A stretch of DNA of 64,000 nucleotides from Candidatus Kapaibacterium sp. GTDB lineage: Bacteria > Bacteroidota > Ignavibacteria > Kapaibacteriales > UBA2268. A program made the position numbers and the translations under genes. The DNA lies in contig OY761611.1 of NCBI GenBank assembly GCA_963664875.1, forward strand, positions 864,001 to 928,000, written 5' to 3'. Positions within the stretch are counted from its first letter, which is position 1; each line of letters opens with the position of its first letter. Under the pieces are notes generated by a model. It made no database searches, was not told the origin of the DNA, and saw only the letters and a program-made list of their open reading frames with translations. Below, piece by piece: positions 21,540-31,659 of the stretch.

Positions 21540-22268
21540 TTAGACTTCTAATTTATAACCAACGCCACGAATGTTTTTGATATATTTGCCGCAAATACCA
21601 AGTTTTTCTCTAAGATTTTTGATATGCACATCTACGGTTCTGTCCAGTACACCTTTGTCCTGCACTCCAAGATAATCTAAAATTTGATCTCTGGCATATA
21701 CCCAACCTTTCCTTTCAGAAAGAAGTCTTAATATTCTAAACTCAGTAGAAGTAAGTTCAATTTTTTGATTATCTACTCTTACTTCATATTTTTGAAGATC
21801 TATTTCGAGGTTCTCAGAGACTTTGATTTTTTGAGTTTTCACAGTAGTATTTTCTCTTCTGAGTACTACTTTCACTCTTGCTACAAGTTCACGAGGAGAA
21901 AAAGGTTTAGTAACATAATCATCAGCACCTAATTCCAATCCTAATACCTTGTCGGTTTCGTCGCCTCTTGCTGTTAGCATTATGACAGGGATATTTGCAA
22001 ACTTTTCTTCTTTTTTGAGAAATTTGCATATCTCAAATCCATCTGCATCCGGTAGCATCAAATCAAGAATAAACAAATCCGGAGTGTTATTGTTGATGAA
22101 TTTAAACAAAGCGGTAGCATCTTCGAAGGATTTGACTTTAAAGCCAGCCTTTTCTAAGTGCAAAGACACTAATTCCACTATATCGGGCTCATCATCAACT
22201 ATGGCAATCATTTTTGAATTTCCCGGTTGAATGGAAGCTAAGGGACCATTGTTAAAATTTGCAGACAT
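21540..22268 (-). CDS. phoB: OmpR/PhoB-family response regulator
   Basis: LDLMLP, GADDYVTKPFSPREL, DRTVDVHIKNLREKL; directly upstream of phoR. Confidence 0.85.
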   Translation of the reverse strand: MSANFNNGPLASIQPGNSKMIAIVDDEPDIVELVSLHLEKAGFKVKSFEDATALFKFINNNTPDLFILDLMLPDADGFEICKFLKKEEKFANIPVIMLTARGDETDKVLGLELGADDYVTKPFSPRELVARVKVVLRRENTTVKTQKIKVSENLEIDLQKYEVRVDNQKIELTSTEFRILRLLSERKGWVYARDQILDYLGVQDKGVLDRTVDVHIKNLREKLGICGKYIKNIRGVGYKLEV

Positions 22269-22306
22269 TTGTTTTCCCTGATTAAATAATGTAACATCAA
22301 GCTATA

Positions 22307-22340
22307 CAAAGATAGTCTTTCACTGTGAAGTTTTTGTTTA
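22307..22340 (-). promoter_or_regulatory. Putative phoB promoter (TATCTTTG) with an upstream Pho-box-like ACA repeat
   Basis: Minus strand reads ..AACA-N-TTCACA..TATCTTTG; TAnnTTTG matches the Bacteroidota -7 element. Confidence 0.35.
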
Positions 22341-22363
22341 GTTTATACTTATAACGGGTTAAA

Positions 22364-23704
22364 CTACCTTTTATTAAGCCAATTAAAGATTACTTCAATC
22401 AATATCTTATCTACACTTCCTGTTCTTAGGTAGTCTTCTTGAGTTGGATTTGCAGACGATTGGTGGAATAAATGATTTAGCCCATGCAGTCTCATCATAG
22501 TAGTCTGCTGTTTGTTCCCAAATAGTTCTTCCCAGATTTGCCAGTCTTTGTCGCTTGTCTGGAAATCATTTGTGCCTTGTAGAAACAGCATTGGTTTATC
22601 GAGTTTCGAAGCATAATCAGCGAGATTATAATTCTCCAAGTATTTCCAAAATGAAGCTGTCAGCCCTAATGGCAATTGTCGCGGCATTAGCTTGTCATTT
22701 TGAGAAATATTTTTAGCATTTTGTACTTTTATTGCTAATTCCTCCAAAAATTCTTTTTCCTGCTCATCAATATTGCCATCTAAATTAGCAAGATATTGGA
22801 ATTGATCCGTTACTGCATCTGCAAGATGTCTTCCCAAAGGAGCAAGATAAATACCACCAATAGCTTTAGAAGACTGATCTAATATTTTTGGAAGAAGATA
22901 ACCGCCAAGACTATGCCCGGCTACAAATATCTTGGACTTATTAATCAAATTGCACTTGTATAAGGTATCTATAGCAGCAATCACATCATCTACAACTACT
23001 TTGTCAAAATCAACATCTACAAGCTTTGACATTTTGTTTTTGTAAGTATATGTTCTCTTGTCGTATCTAAAAACAGCAATTCCATTGCTCGAAAGTCCAT
23101 AAGCTATATCTCTAAAGATTTTGTTTTCACCTATCGTCATGTCTTTATCATGAGGACCTGAACCATGAACGAGAATTACAACTTTGGGTTTACCTATAAC
23201 GTTTTTTGGGATTGTAAGTATTCCGTCTAACTCCCAATCTTTGTAACCAAATCTGATATTCTTTTCTTCGAACAAGGAAGTATCTGCGTATGCAGGTATT
23301 TTATAATTGTCGCTTCTTCTATTCATCGGCGAAAAAAACAAGCCGGCAATTCGATTTGTTGTATCATAAGTAATTTTGGTACTTACATCTTGATTAGTAA
23401 ATCCAACTATAACATCTACCATCCAATAATTATCATTGGGCAATAGCTGCGAGGACTTAATTACTTCAAATTTGCCGTAAACTTTTTCTAATTGTTCCCA
23501 GATTGCTTTGAGTTGCTCTGCTTTGAGCTGCTGTGCCATATTTTCATCAAACTTTTGGTATAATGAATCATACTTGTTTTCTGCAAATAATCTGATTGAG
23601 TTATTTGCATCTTCGATATACCCAAAATCTTTTTGCTGGGCATATACATTAGATGCAATAAAAAACAGACCTATCCAAAGAGCAAATTGAGCAATTCTAT
23701 TCAT
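22364..23704 (-). CDS. Exported alpha/beta hydrolase with N-terminal DUF3887-like domain
   Basis: Signal peptide; VHGSGPHD, RYDKR, GHSLG nucleophile, QGTNDFQ, GLNHLF. Confidence 0.87.
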   Translation of the reverse strand: MNRIAQFALWIGLFFIASNVYAQQKDFGYIEDANNSIRLFAENKYDSLYQKFDENMAQQLKAEQLKAIWEQLEKVYGKFEVIKSSQLLPNDNYWMVDVIVGFTNQDVSTKITYDTTNRIAGLFFSPMNRRSDNYKIPAYADTSLFEEKNIRFGYKDWELDGILTIPKNVIGKPKVVILVHGSGPHDKDMTIGENKIFRDIAYGLSSNGIAVFRYDKRTYTYKNKMSKLVDVDFDKVVVDDVIAAIDTLYKCNLINKSKIFVAGHSLGGYLLPKILDQSSKAIGGIYLAPLGRHLADAVTDQFQYLANLDGNIDEQEKEFLEELAIKVQNAKNISQNDKLMPRQLPLGLTASFWKYLENYNLADYASKLDKPMLFLQGTNDFQTSDKDWQIWEELFGNKQQTTMMRLHGLNHLFHQSSANPTQEDYLRTGSVDKILIEVIFNWLNKR

Positions 23705-24641
23705 TTATTTCTCCTAATTTGAAGTTTATATATTCTACTGATTCTGCAATTACCTCTGTATCTGCAGGACTTATATATTTAACATTTTCTATACTTCTGT
23801 TCCATGTCATTTGACGCTTTGCATAGCGCCGGGTGTTTTTTTTCATTTCTTCTATTGCTTCTTCTTTAGTCATTTTACCTTCGAGAAAGGCAATACACTC
23901 TTTGTAACCAACAGTATTCAAAGAATTCAAATCTTTAGTATATCCCATATCCAAAACTGATTGTGTTTCTTCGATAAGCCCCTGCTCCCACATCAGTGCG
24001 GTTCTACGATTGATTCGATTATATATAGTCTCTCTGTCCCAATTTAGGGCAATATATATCGGTCGGTATTTACTTTTAACAGAGTCTTTTTCGTGAGCTT
24101 CCGAAAACAATTTACCTTCTGAGTAGTAAAATTCTAGTGCTCTTATAACTCTTCTTGTATTTTTGTCGGCATACTTTTCAGCTGAAACAGGATCGACTGA
24201 CATCAGTTCATTATAAAGATAATCTTTACCAAAGTCGGAAAGTTTATCATTTAACTCTTTCCTTATGCTAAGAGTTTTTTCTGATTTGTTATCGCCAAAC
24301 AATCCTTCGACTAAAGCTTTTACATAAAGCCCTGAACCACCTGCAATGATAGGAATTTTGCCTTGCAAATGCAAGTTATGTACAATTGCGTCTGCATCAT
24401 CTTCGAACATACCTGCACTGTAAGTTTTATCAGGTTCAAAAATATCTATTAGATGATGCTTTATTCCCTGCATTTCTTCCGCATTTGGCTTTGCGGTGCC
24501 AATAGTAAGATATTTGTAAATCTGTCTCGAATCTGCAGAAATAACTTCAGTATTGAAGTGTTTTGCAAGTTCCACAGCTAAACTCGTTTTACCCGAGGCA
24601 GTAGGTCCGATAATAATTATTAAGGGCAATTTTGAAGGCAT
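23697..24641 (-). CDS. miaA: tRNA dimethylallyltransferase
   Basis: GPTASGKT, SADSRQIY, IGTAKP, GGSGLY, YAKRQMTW. Confidence 0.97.
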   Translation of the reverse strand: MPSKLPLIIIIGPTASGKTSLAVELAKHFNTEVISADSRQIYKYLTIGTAKPNAEEMQGIKHHLIDIFEPDKTYSAGMFEDDADAIVHNLHLQGKIPIIAGGSGLYVKALVEGLFGDNKSEKTLSIRKELNDKLSDFGKDYLYNELMSVDPVSAEKYADKNTRRVIRALEFYYSEGKLFSEAHEKDSVKSKYRPIYIALNWDRETIYNRINRRTALMWEQGLIEETQSVLDMGYTKDLNSLNTVGYKECIAFLEGKMTKEEAIEEMKKNTRRYAKRQMTWNRSIENVKYISPADTEVIAESVEYINFKLGEINE

Positions 24642-25279
24642 TATTTGTCCCAGCCGTATTTTCCAATAAGCGGTACAAATTTAAACTTATCTAAGTACTT
24701 TTGAAAGACTTTTCCGTTCTTTTTTTCAATCAGTAGCATTTGCTGTGAGTCTCTTTCTCCGACAGGTATTATCATCCTGCCATTAGTCGAAAGCTGATTA
24801 AGTAATTCGGGCGGAACTGCCGGTGCTGCAGCAGTTACTATGATTTTATCAAAAGGGGCATTTTCTTCCCAGCCGTGGGTGCCGTCAGCTAATTTAAAAC
24901 AAATTTTGCCTTGATAATCCTTCAATCTTAGCTTTACCTTATCGTAAAGGGCAGAAATTCTTTCAATGGTGTAAATCTTTTTAGCAATGCAGGCAAGAAT
25001 GGCTGTCTGATAGCCACTACCGGTACCAATTTCTAAAATGTGGTCAGAAGATTTGATTTTAAGTTTTTCTGTCATATATGCCACTGTATATGGCTGTGAG
25101 ATAGTTTGTAAGCAATCAATAGGCAGAGCCTTATCGAGGTAGGCATAAGGTTTAATGTCATCAGGCACAAAATCTTCACGAGGCACATCGTATATTGCAC
25201 GAAGCACCCTTTTATCTTTGATACCTTTATTTATCAGCGTTTCTATTAGTTTTTTCTTGTCCTCTATGATATTTACCAC
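24641..25279 (-). CDS. pcm: Protein-L-isoaspartate O-methyltransferase
   Basis: QTISQPY, LEIGTGSGYQ, APFDKIIVTAA, FVPLIG. Confidence 0.95.
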   Translation of the reverse strand: MVNIIEDKKKLIETLINKGIKDKRVLRAIYDVPREDFVPDDIKPYAYLDKALPIDCLQTISQPYTVAYMTEKLKIKSSDHILEIGTGSGYQTAILACIAKKIYTIERISALYDKVKLRLKDYQGKICFKLADGTHGWEENAPFDKIIVTAAAPAVPPELLNQLSTNGRMIIPVGERDSQQMLLIEKKNGKVFQKYLDKFKFVPLIGKYGWDK

Positions 25280-25285
25280 CTCACC

Positions 25286-26056
25286 TTAGTTAGAAGCTAA
25301 TTTAGCACTTAACAATGTAGGAAGTTGATCTACAGGAATATTAATAATTAAGTCACCGCTATCCGCAATAGAAATCCCTCCTGTCTCTTCAGAAACAACG
25401 AGTATCACTGAGTCTAATTGTTCACTCAAGCCTAATGCAGCTCGGTGTCGGGTCCCAAGATTTTTGCCTTTCATTTTTTTAGCATTTGATAGCGGCAATA
25501 CACATCTTGCAGCCAATATCATTTGATTGTCTATAATCACAGCACCATCGTGTAAGGGTGCTTTAGTGTTAAATATTGAAACAAGCAATTCTCTCGATAC
25601 AACCGCTTGGATAGGAATTCCGGTGTCAATAGTCATCTGCACATTCTGAGAACGTGGGAACACAATGAGAGCTCCAATATGCTTATCCGATAATTCCAAA
25701 ACTGCATCTATTACTTCATCTATTGTTTCAGCAATTTTGGTTTTGACAAACAGTTGGAAAATTGGCGATCTTGTAATCAATAACAAAAGTTTTCTGAGTT
25801 CGGGTTGGAACAGTATTATGAATGCAACAAGCCAAATATCAGAGATAGTACGAAGTATCCAGTTGATTGATTTTAGATTGATGGCTTCTGTTACAAACGA
25901 AACTCCAATAATTATCACAAGTCCAAAAAGGATTTGAACCGCAATGGTATCTTTCAAAGCTCTATAAAGCCAGAATACGAGTACTGCAACTATTGTAATG
26001 TCTATTACATCTATTAGAGTAAAAGACAAAAAACCAATTTTGAATAGCTCTATCAT
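25286..26056 (-). CDS. cdaA: Diadenylate cyclase CdaA/DacA
   Basis: Three TM helices, FQPELR, PLHDGA, GTRHRAA, VSEETG. Confidence 0.94.
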   Translation of the reverse strand: MIELFKIGFLSFTLIDVIDITIVAVLVFWLYRALKDTIAVQILFGLVIIIGVSFVTEAINLKSINWILRTISDIWLVAFIILFQPELRKLLLLITRSPIFQLFVKTKIAETIDEVIDAVLELSDKHIGALIVFPRSQNVQMTIDTGIPIQAVVSRELLVSIFNTKAPLHDGAVIIDNQMILAARCVLPLSNAKKMKGKNLGTRHRAALGLSEQLDSVILVVSEETGGISIADSGDLIINIPVDQLPTLLSAKLASN

Positions 26057-26068
26057 GTAGTGTTTTGA

Positions 26069-27028
26069 TTAATCCGAAAATTTGTCGTATGCTTTAATTA
26101 TTCTTGCAACAAGCGGGTGTCTGACCACATCTGCATCAGTAAACTCAGCAAATTCTATGCCCTTAACATCTTTTAGTATTTTCGCTGCATCAATAAGTCC
26201 GGACATACTATCTTTTGCTAAATCTATCTGCGTTACGTCACCGGTAACTATTGCTTTGGAGTTGGCACCTAAACGCGTCAGGAACATTTTCATCTGCATT
26301 TTCGTCGCATTCTGTGCCTCATCTAAGATGATAAAGCTGTTGTTTAGTGTTCTCCCCCTCATGTAAGCAAGTGGGGTAATTTCAATAATATTTTTTTCCA
26401 GTAATATCTTCAATTTTTCTGATGTTAGCATAAATTGTAAAGCATCAAAAAGAGGTCTGATGTAAGGATCTATTTTTTCACGCATGTCACCCGGAAGAAA
26501 TCCGAGAGACTCCCCTGCTTCGACAGCAGGACGGGTAAGAATAATTCTCGAAACTTCATTATTGCGAAGAGCTGCTAATGCCATAGCAACAGCTAAAAAC
26601 GTTTTCCCTGTTCCAGCAGGTCCTATTGCAAAAACCAAATCATTTTTTAGAACTTTCTGATAGTAATCTACCTGTTTTGGAGTTCTTGCTTTGATGATTT
26701 CTTTCCGTCCTTCATAAATCTCATTGTCGCCGGGTTGGTTCCCGTTTTCTTTAGGGGCAATTTTATTGACATCAATCAGGTTAAGCACTGTAAAAACGTC
26801 CTCGGAAGAAAGTTTGCCATTGCGTTTAAGCATATAAAGCAGTTCTTTGAAGACAAGTGAAATGACTTTAACTTCGTCAGGTTCACCTTTGATAACTAAA
26901 TTATTGCCACGCACCATCACAAGCGATTTGAAGCGATTTTCTATTATAGAAAGATAGCTTTCGTTCACTCCAAACAAATCCAATAAACTAATATTTTCGA
27001 GTTTAATTTTTTTTTCTATTGCATCCAT
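26069..27028 (-). CDS. phoH: PhoH-family ATPase (YbeZ type)
   Basis: GPAGTGKT, RPAVEAGESLGFLPGD, YMRGRTL, DEAQN, VVRHPLV. Confidence 0.94.
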   Translation of the reverse strand: MDAIEKKIKLENISLLDLFGVNESYLSIIENRFKSLVMVRGNNLVIKGEPDEVKVISLVFKELLYMLKRNGKLSSEDVFTVLNLIDVNKIAPKENGNQPGDNEIYEGRKEIIKARTPKQVDYYQKVLKNDLVFAIGPAGTGKTFLAVAMALAALRNNEVSRIILTRPAVEAGESLGFLPGDMREKIDPYIRPLFDALQFMLTSEKLKILLEKNIIEITPLAYMRGRTLNNSFIILDEAQNATKMQMKMFLTRLGANSKAIVTGDVTQIDLAKDSMSGLIDAAKILKDVKGIEFAEFTDADVVRHPLVARIIKAYDKFSD

Positions 27029-27065
27029 AGCGTTAACTTCAACAATGTGTTTAAAAAATAAATGA

Positions 27066-27091
27066 GCCCCTTAGTAAAAATACTAAGGGGC
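27066..27091 (-). terminator. Hairpin downstream of the LysM gene
   Basis: GCCCCTTAGTA-AAAA-TACTAAGGGGC perfect stem. Confidence 0.65.
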
Positions 27092-27130
27092 TTGCATAAA
27101 TAAAAATTTTATTTTGAGAAACTACAGACA

Positions 27131-27907
27131 TTATTCACCTGCAGAAGCACTTTCAGTTTGAGCTTCAGCTTCTTTTTTCATTCTGTAGTATTTTCTTTCT
27201 GCTTTTAATTCTTCACCGGATTTAGGACCTTTTTCAGGTAATTTCAATTCTTGACCAGGGAAGATAATATCAGGGTTTCTTACGATATCTTTGTTAGCCT
27301 GCCATATTTTTGGCCACAAGAAAGCGTCACCATAGATTTCAGTTCTGTTTGCGATGTTCCACAAACAGTCTCTTTCTTTAGACCAAGATTTAACGATATA
27401 AGTAGAAATTCTTTTTTCTCTGTAAAGACCTTTAATTTCGCGGGCTAAATCAAGAATTCTGTTATAGAATTCAGGAAGTAAAGCAACTTTTTCTTTTCTA
27501 AGTTCGTTCAACTGGTTTTCCAAATCGATAACTTCGTTTTGTCTGTCAGCTAAAGCATCATCATTAAGGGCTTTCAATTCTCTGACTTTACCTGCAATCA
27601 CGCCTAATTTTTGACGGAAAGCTTCGATGTCTTTATCAGTAACACCCAACATTTTTTTGAGTTCGTCCAAGCAATCTTCTAAACTTTTGTTAGTATTGCG
27701 AAGTTGGTTTTGAGCTCTTTCCAATTTAGTTTTTTCTTCGTTCAAAGTATTTTCCAAATCAGCAACTTTAGCTTGGAAATCTTTGATTCTGTATTCAGCT
27801 TGCTCTTTTGTAAGCTGATTATCCGGTAAGTTTGCAGGCGGCATCTGTGCATTAGCATAAACCCCGGCAGCAAAAAAAGCTATAAATAGATATATTATCG
27901 TTTTCAT
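27131..27907 (-). CDS. Exported coiled-coil protein with C-terminal LysM domain
   Basis: Signal peptide, long heptad region, DCLWNIA..IYGDAFLWPKIWQAN..NPDIIFPGQELKLP. Confidence 0.88.
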   Translation of the reverse strand: MKTIIYLFIAFFAAGVYANAQMPPANLPDNQLTKEQAEYRIKDFQAKVADLENTLNEEKTKLERAQNQLRNTNKSLEDCLDELKKMLGVTDKDIEAFRQKLGVIAGKVRELKALNDDALADRQNEVIDLENQLNELRKEKVALLPEFYNRILDLAREIKGLYREKRISTYIVKSWSKERDCLWNIANRTEIYGDAFLWPKIWQANKDIVRNPDIIFPGQELKLPEKGPKSGEELKAERKYYRMKKEAEAQTESASAGE

Positions 27908-27958
27908 GACTCTCCAATTGGGATTATTTTACATTATAAAATAGTAAGTGTAAAAGAA

Positions 27959-28288
27959 TTATTCAGCACCTTCTTCAGTTTTTGGCTGTTCCGGTGACCA
28001 GTCAGGCCATACATTTGGCCATGCCTGCAATTTGCCTTGTACAAAGTTTTTGTCTTCTTTACATTTTTCTAATTCCGCTTGGCGAGCTTTCAATTCTTTT
28101 TCCAACTTTGCGTATTCACTTTTCGTGTTAGCAATCTCTTGGTTCAAGCTTCTTTCTTGTCTTCTTAGTTCGTCTAATTGAGCCAGTTGCTCCTCAGTAA
28201 CTTTTGGCGTACAACTTGTAAATGAAGCTGCAGAAAAAATTAAAGCTGAGCTTATGCCTAAAGCAGTAATAAAGCTCTTTACACGCAT
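27959..28288 (-). CDS. Small coiled-coil lipoprotein
   Basis: GGAGG RBS before ATG 28288; lipobox FTSC; heptad repeats; WPNVWPDW tail. Confidence 0.78.
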   Translation of the reverse strand: MRVKSFITALGISSALIFSAASFTSCTPKVTEEQLAQLDELRRQERSLNQEIANTKSEYAKLEKELKARQAELEKCKEDKNFVQGKLQAWPNVWPDWSPEQPKTEEGAE

Positions 28289-28602
28289 AAGTCCTCCGAA
28301 AAATAATTTATTTAACATCTATTTGAAATCAATGGAAATACTAAATACAGTCGTCCAAAACATTATTATATTTTAAATTACGTTCAAACTTAAGATTTGT
28401 TCGGACACTCCATAGGCAAATATCGTAAAATTCTGCTTATTTAGCTAATATTTCTCCAAGTATCATAAAAAAATAATACACATCCACTAACATTCGGTAT
28501 TAGAGGATATTACATTTGTTTAATGTAAAACTTTTATTTGATATTTCCAAACATGTTGATAAATATCATCAAAATATTTTTCAACGAGTAGCTATTATTA
28601 GT

Positions 28603-28610
28603 TATCTTTG
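28603..28610 (+). promoter_or_regulatory. Putative -7 promoter element of valS
   Basis: TATCTTTG (TAnnTTTG) about 50 nt upstream of the likely ATG. Confidence 0.45.
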
Positions 28611-28659
28611 TAAGCTGAAAAAGAATAATTTGTATTATAATAAGATAAATACTACGACT

Positions 28660-31365
28660 ATGAAAAAAGAATTCCCTAAGGCTTACGAACCTATTTTATC
28701 CGAAGACAAATGGTACCCTCTCTGGTTAGAAAATAAAATTTTTGCTGCAGATAATAATTCAAATAAAGAAGCATACAGCATTTTGATGCCTCCTCCTAAC
28801 GTTACAGGCATCCTGCATTTTGGCCACGTTCTCAATTCAACTTTGCAGGATATTTATATCCGCTGGAAAAGAATGCAGGGATACGAAGTTTGTTGGTTCC
28901 CCGGCATGGATCATGCAGGAATAGCAACTCAGGCACGGGTTGAAAAAGAATTAAAAGCTACAGAAAATCTCTCTCGCTATGATTTAGGTCGAGAAAAATT
29001 CGTTGAAAAAGTTTGGGAATGGAAAGAAAAATATGGTGGTATTATCTTTAATCAGCTCCAAAAGTTAGGTATTTCCACAGATTGGGACAGAACTCTTTTC
29101 ACTATGGACGAATCTGCCTCTAATGCTGTCAAAGAAGTATTTATCAGATTGTTCGACGAAGGACTGGTATATAAAGGTAAACGAATTATCAACTGGTCGC
29201 CATTGGCACAGACAGCTCTTTCCGATGAAGAAGTAGAATTCAAAGAAATAAACGAAAAACTTTATACTCTACGATACTACTTTGAAGATAGCAATGATTA
29301 CCTCATGGTAGCTACTGTTCGTACTGAAACTATATTCGGAGATATTGCAGTTGCTGTCAATCCTAATGATGAAAGATATAAACATCTTATCGGCAAAAAT
29401 GTAATTGTGCCGTTAGTTGGTCGTAAAGTTCCGGTGATTCCGGATGAGCATGCCGATCCTGAATTCGGAACGGGTTGTGTGAAAATAACTCCAGCTCATG
29501 ACCCTAATGATTTCCTTGTAGGTGAAAGACACAATCTCGATATAATAAATACTATAAATCCTGATGCCACTTTGAATGAAAATGCAGGTGAATTTGCAGG
29601 ATTAGATAGATTTGAAGCTAGAAAACGAGTGTCTAAAAAGTTAGAAGAGCTCAATCTCATAGAAAAAGTAGAAGACTATGCTCATAACGTAGGTATATCT
29701 CAGCGTGGTGGCGAACCTGTCGAACCGCTTCTTTCTGATCAATGGTTTGTTAAGATGAAGCCTCTCGCAGAATTAGCTTTAAAAGTTGTCCAAGACGGTG
29801 AAATTAAATTCCACCCTAACCACTGGATTAAAACCTATGAGCATTGGATGAACAACATCAAAGATTGGTGCATTTCGCGTCAGTTATGGTGGGGTCATCA
29901 GATACCTGTTTATTACACTGAAGACGGAAGATTTACTGCTGCAATAGATGAAGCTCATGCAAGAGAAAAACTTGGCTTAGATGCAAATGTAGCTTTAAAA
30001 CAAGAAGAAGATGTATTAGACACTTGGTTCTCATCTTGGCTTTGGCCGATGACAACAATGGGCTGGATGAATGACCACAAAACCGAATCTACTCCTGATT
30101 TGGAAAAATTCTTGCCTACTGATTTGTTGGTAACAGGACCTGACATTATTTTCTTCTGGGTTGCACGAATGATTATGGCAACAGAGAAGTTCAAAGGTGA
30201 AATACCATTCAAAGATGTTTATTTCACTTCTATGATTAGAGACGGTCAGGGCAGGAAGCTATCAAAATCGCTTGGCAATTCACCGGATCCACTTAATATT
30301 ATTGCTAAATACGGTGCGGATGCTGTTCGATTTACCATGATATTCCTTGCTCCTCTTGGCCAGGATGTCAGGATGGATGTGGACGTTGATGCTCAGGATA
30401 TACCGTCTATGGAGATTGGAAGAAACTTTGCCAATAAAGTTTGGAATGCCGGTAGATTCTTGAATATGAAATTGGATCAGGCTATTGAAAATAACAATGG
30501 TAATTCCGATGTATGCATTGACGAAAATACTCTAACAACAGCGGACAAATGGATTCGTTCTCGTTATAATACCACTATCGAAAAATTGAACCAATCTCTT
30601 AGCGATTTCAAGGTAACGGAATACTCCAAAATGCTTTATGACTTTATTTGGAGAGATTTCTGCGACTGGTATGTCGAAATTGTAAAAATTCAGTTTAACG
30701 ATGCAGATAGTGCCAAACAAGTAGCTATTGCCAAATTTGCAATCGAAATATACGAAGGTATTTTGAGAATGCTTCACCCTGTAATGCCTTTCATTACAGA
30801 AGAACTTTGGCACTTGCTTTCAGGAAAAGACGACAATGAGACAATCAGCACTCAGGCTACGCCTATGCCGAATAATACTCATATAGATTCTAATATCGAA
30901 GATAAATTGGCTCTTGTGCAGAATATTGTCGAAGAAATAAGAAAACTAAGATCATCAACTTCAATTCCTCCATCTCAAAAATTGCCTGTTGCTATAGCAA
31001 TTAAAGAAAATGCTATAAGAGAAGTTTTCAGCGAAGCCAAAAACGTAATTGCAGGCATGGCAAAATGCTCCGAATTGGAGATTGCAGAATCAGTAGAAAA
31101 ACCTTCTTCATCTTTGAGCTCAGTGGTTCGAGAAATAGAAATCTTTGTTTCTCTTGGCGATGCAATTGATTTGGATAAGGAAAGAGAACGACTTGAAAAA
31201 GAAATAGCCAGATTGGAAGGAAATATCAGAGCTTGTGAGAAAAAACTTTCAAACGAAAAATTTGTAAGCAATGCACCTGCTGATGTGGTTGCCTACGAAA
31301 AAGAAAAGTTAGATTCTATGAAAGAGTCTCTTTTGAAAGTAAAAGACAATCTTGCTAATCTGTAA
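28660..31365 (+). CDS. valS: Valine--tRNA ligase
   Basis: PPPNVTGILHFGH, DWCISRQLWWGH, DTWFSS, KLSKSLGN, C-terminal coiled coil. Start likely ATG 28660. Confidence 0.98.
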   Translation: MKKEFPKAYEPILSEDKWYPLWLENKIFAADNNSNKEAYSILMPPPNVTGILHFGHVLNSTLQDIYIRWKRMQGYEVCWFPGMDHAGIATQARVEKELKATENLSRYDLGREKFVEKVWEWKEKYGGIIFNQLQKLGISTDWDRTLFTMDESASNAVKEVFIRLFDEGLVYKGKRIINWSPLAQTALSDEEVEFKEINEKLYTLRYYFEDSNDYLMVATVRTETIFGDIAVAVNPNDERYKHLIGKNVIVPLVGRKVPVIPDEHADPEFGTGCVKITPAHDPNDFLVGERHNLDIINTINPDATLNENAGEFAGLDRFEARKRVSKKLEELNLIEKVEDYAHNVGISQRGGEPVEPLLSDQWFVKMKPLAELALKVVQDGEIKFHPNHWIKTYEHWMNNIKDWCISRQLWWGHQIPVYYTEDGRFTAAIDEAHAREKLGLDANVALKQEEDVLDTWFSSWLWPMTTMGWMNDHKTESTPDLEKFLPTDLLVTGPDIIFFWVARMIMATEKFKGEIPFKDVYFTSMIRDGQGRKLSKSLGNSPDPLNIIAKYGADAVRFTMIFLAPLGQDVRMDVDVDAQDIPSMEIGRNFANKVWNAGRFLNMKLDQAIENNNGNSDVCIDENTLTTADKWIRSRYNTTIEKLNQSLSDFKVTEYSKMLYDFIWRDFCDWYVEIVKIQFNDADSAKQVAIAKFAIEIYEGILRMLHPVMPFITEELWHLLSGKDDNETISTQATPMPNNTHIDSNIEDKLALVQNIVEEIRKLRSSTSIPPSQKLPVAIAIKENAIREVFSEAKNVIAGMAKCSELEIAESVEKPSSSLSSVVREIEIFVSLGDAIDLDKERERLEKEIARLEGNIRACEKKLSNEKFVSNAPADVVAYEKEKLDSMKESLLKVKDNLANL

Positions 31366-31380
31366 TTTTTTTGAAGTTTA

Positions 31381-31412
31381 AAAAGCAGTTCTCAATCAGA
31401 ACTGCTTTTTTT
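31381..31412 (+). terminator. valS intrinsic terminator
   Basis: AAAAGCAGTTCT-CAATC-AGAACTGCTTTTTTT. Confidence 0.85.
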
Positions 31413-31659
31413 TGACATTATATTTCCATTCGGCAATATTATTTAAAATTGACATATAACTTTAATTGCGAACATTTTTTTTGAACAATGTTCTTCTATT
31501 TGCTTATATTGCAATAGCATCTAAGCAGAATTGATATATTAACTTGATATAAATATTGTCTTATAATATTGAAAACTGTCAGTATTTGCAATATTTCTAC
31601 TCAATTTTGAGTTAAGATATACGTTTAGGATTTGGGTTTGTAATTAGGATAATAGATAA

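Noticed and set aside
28320-28659. T-box or ncRNA upstream of valS
   Set aside because: No T-box consensus or convincing stems; the 48-codon N-terminal extension in the ORF track is probably not translated.
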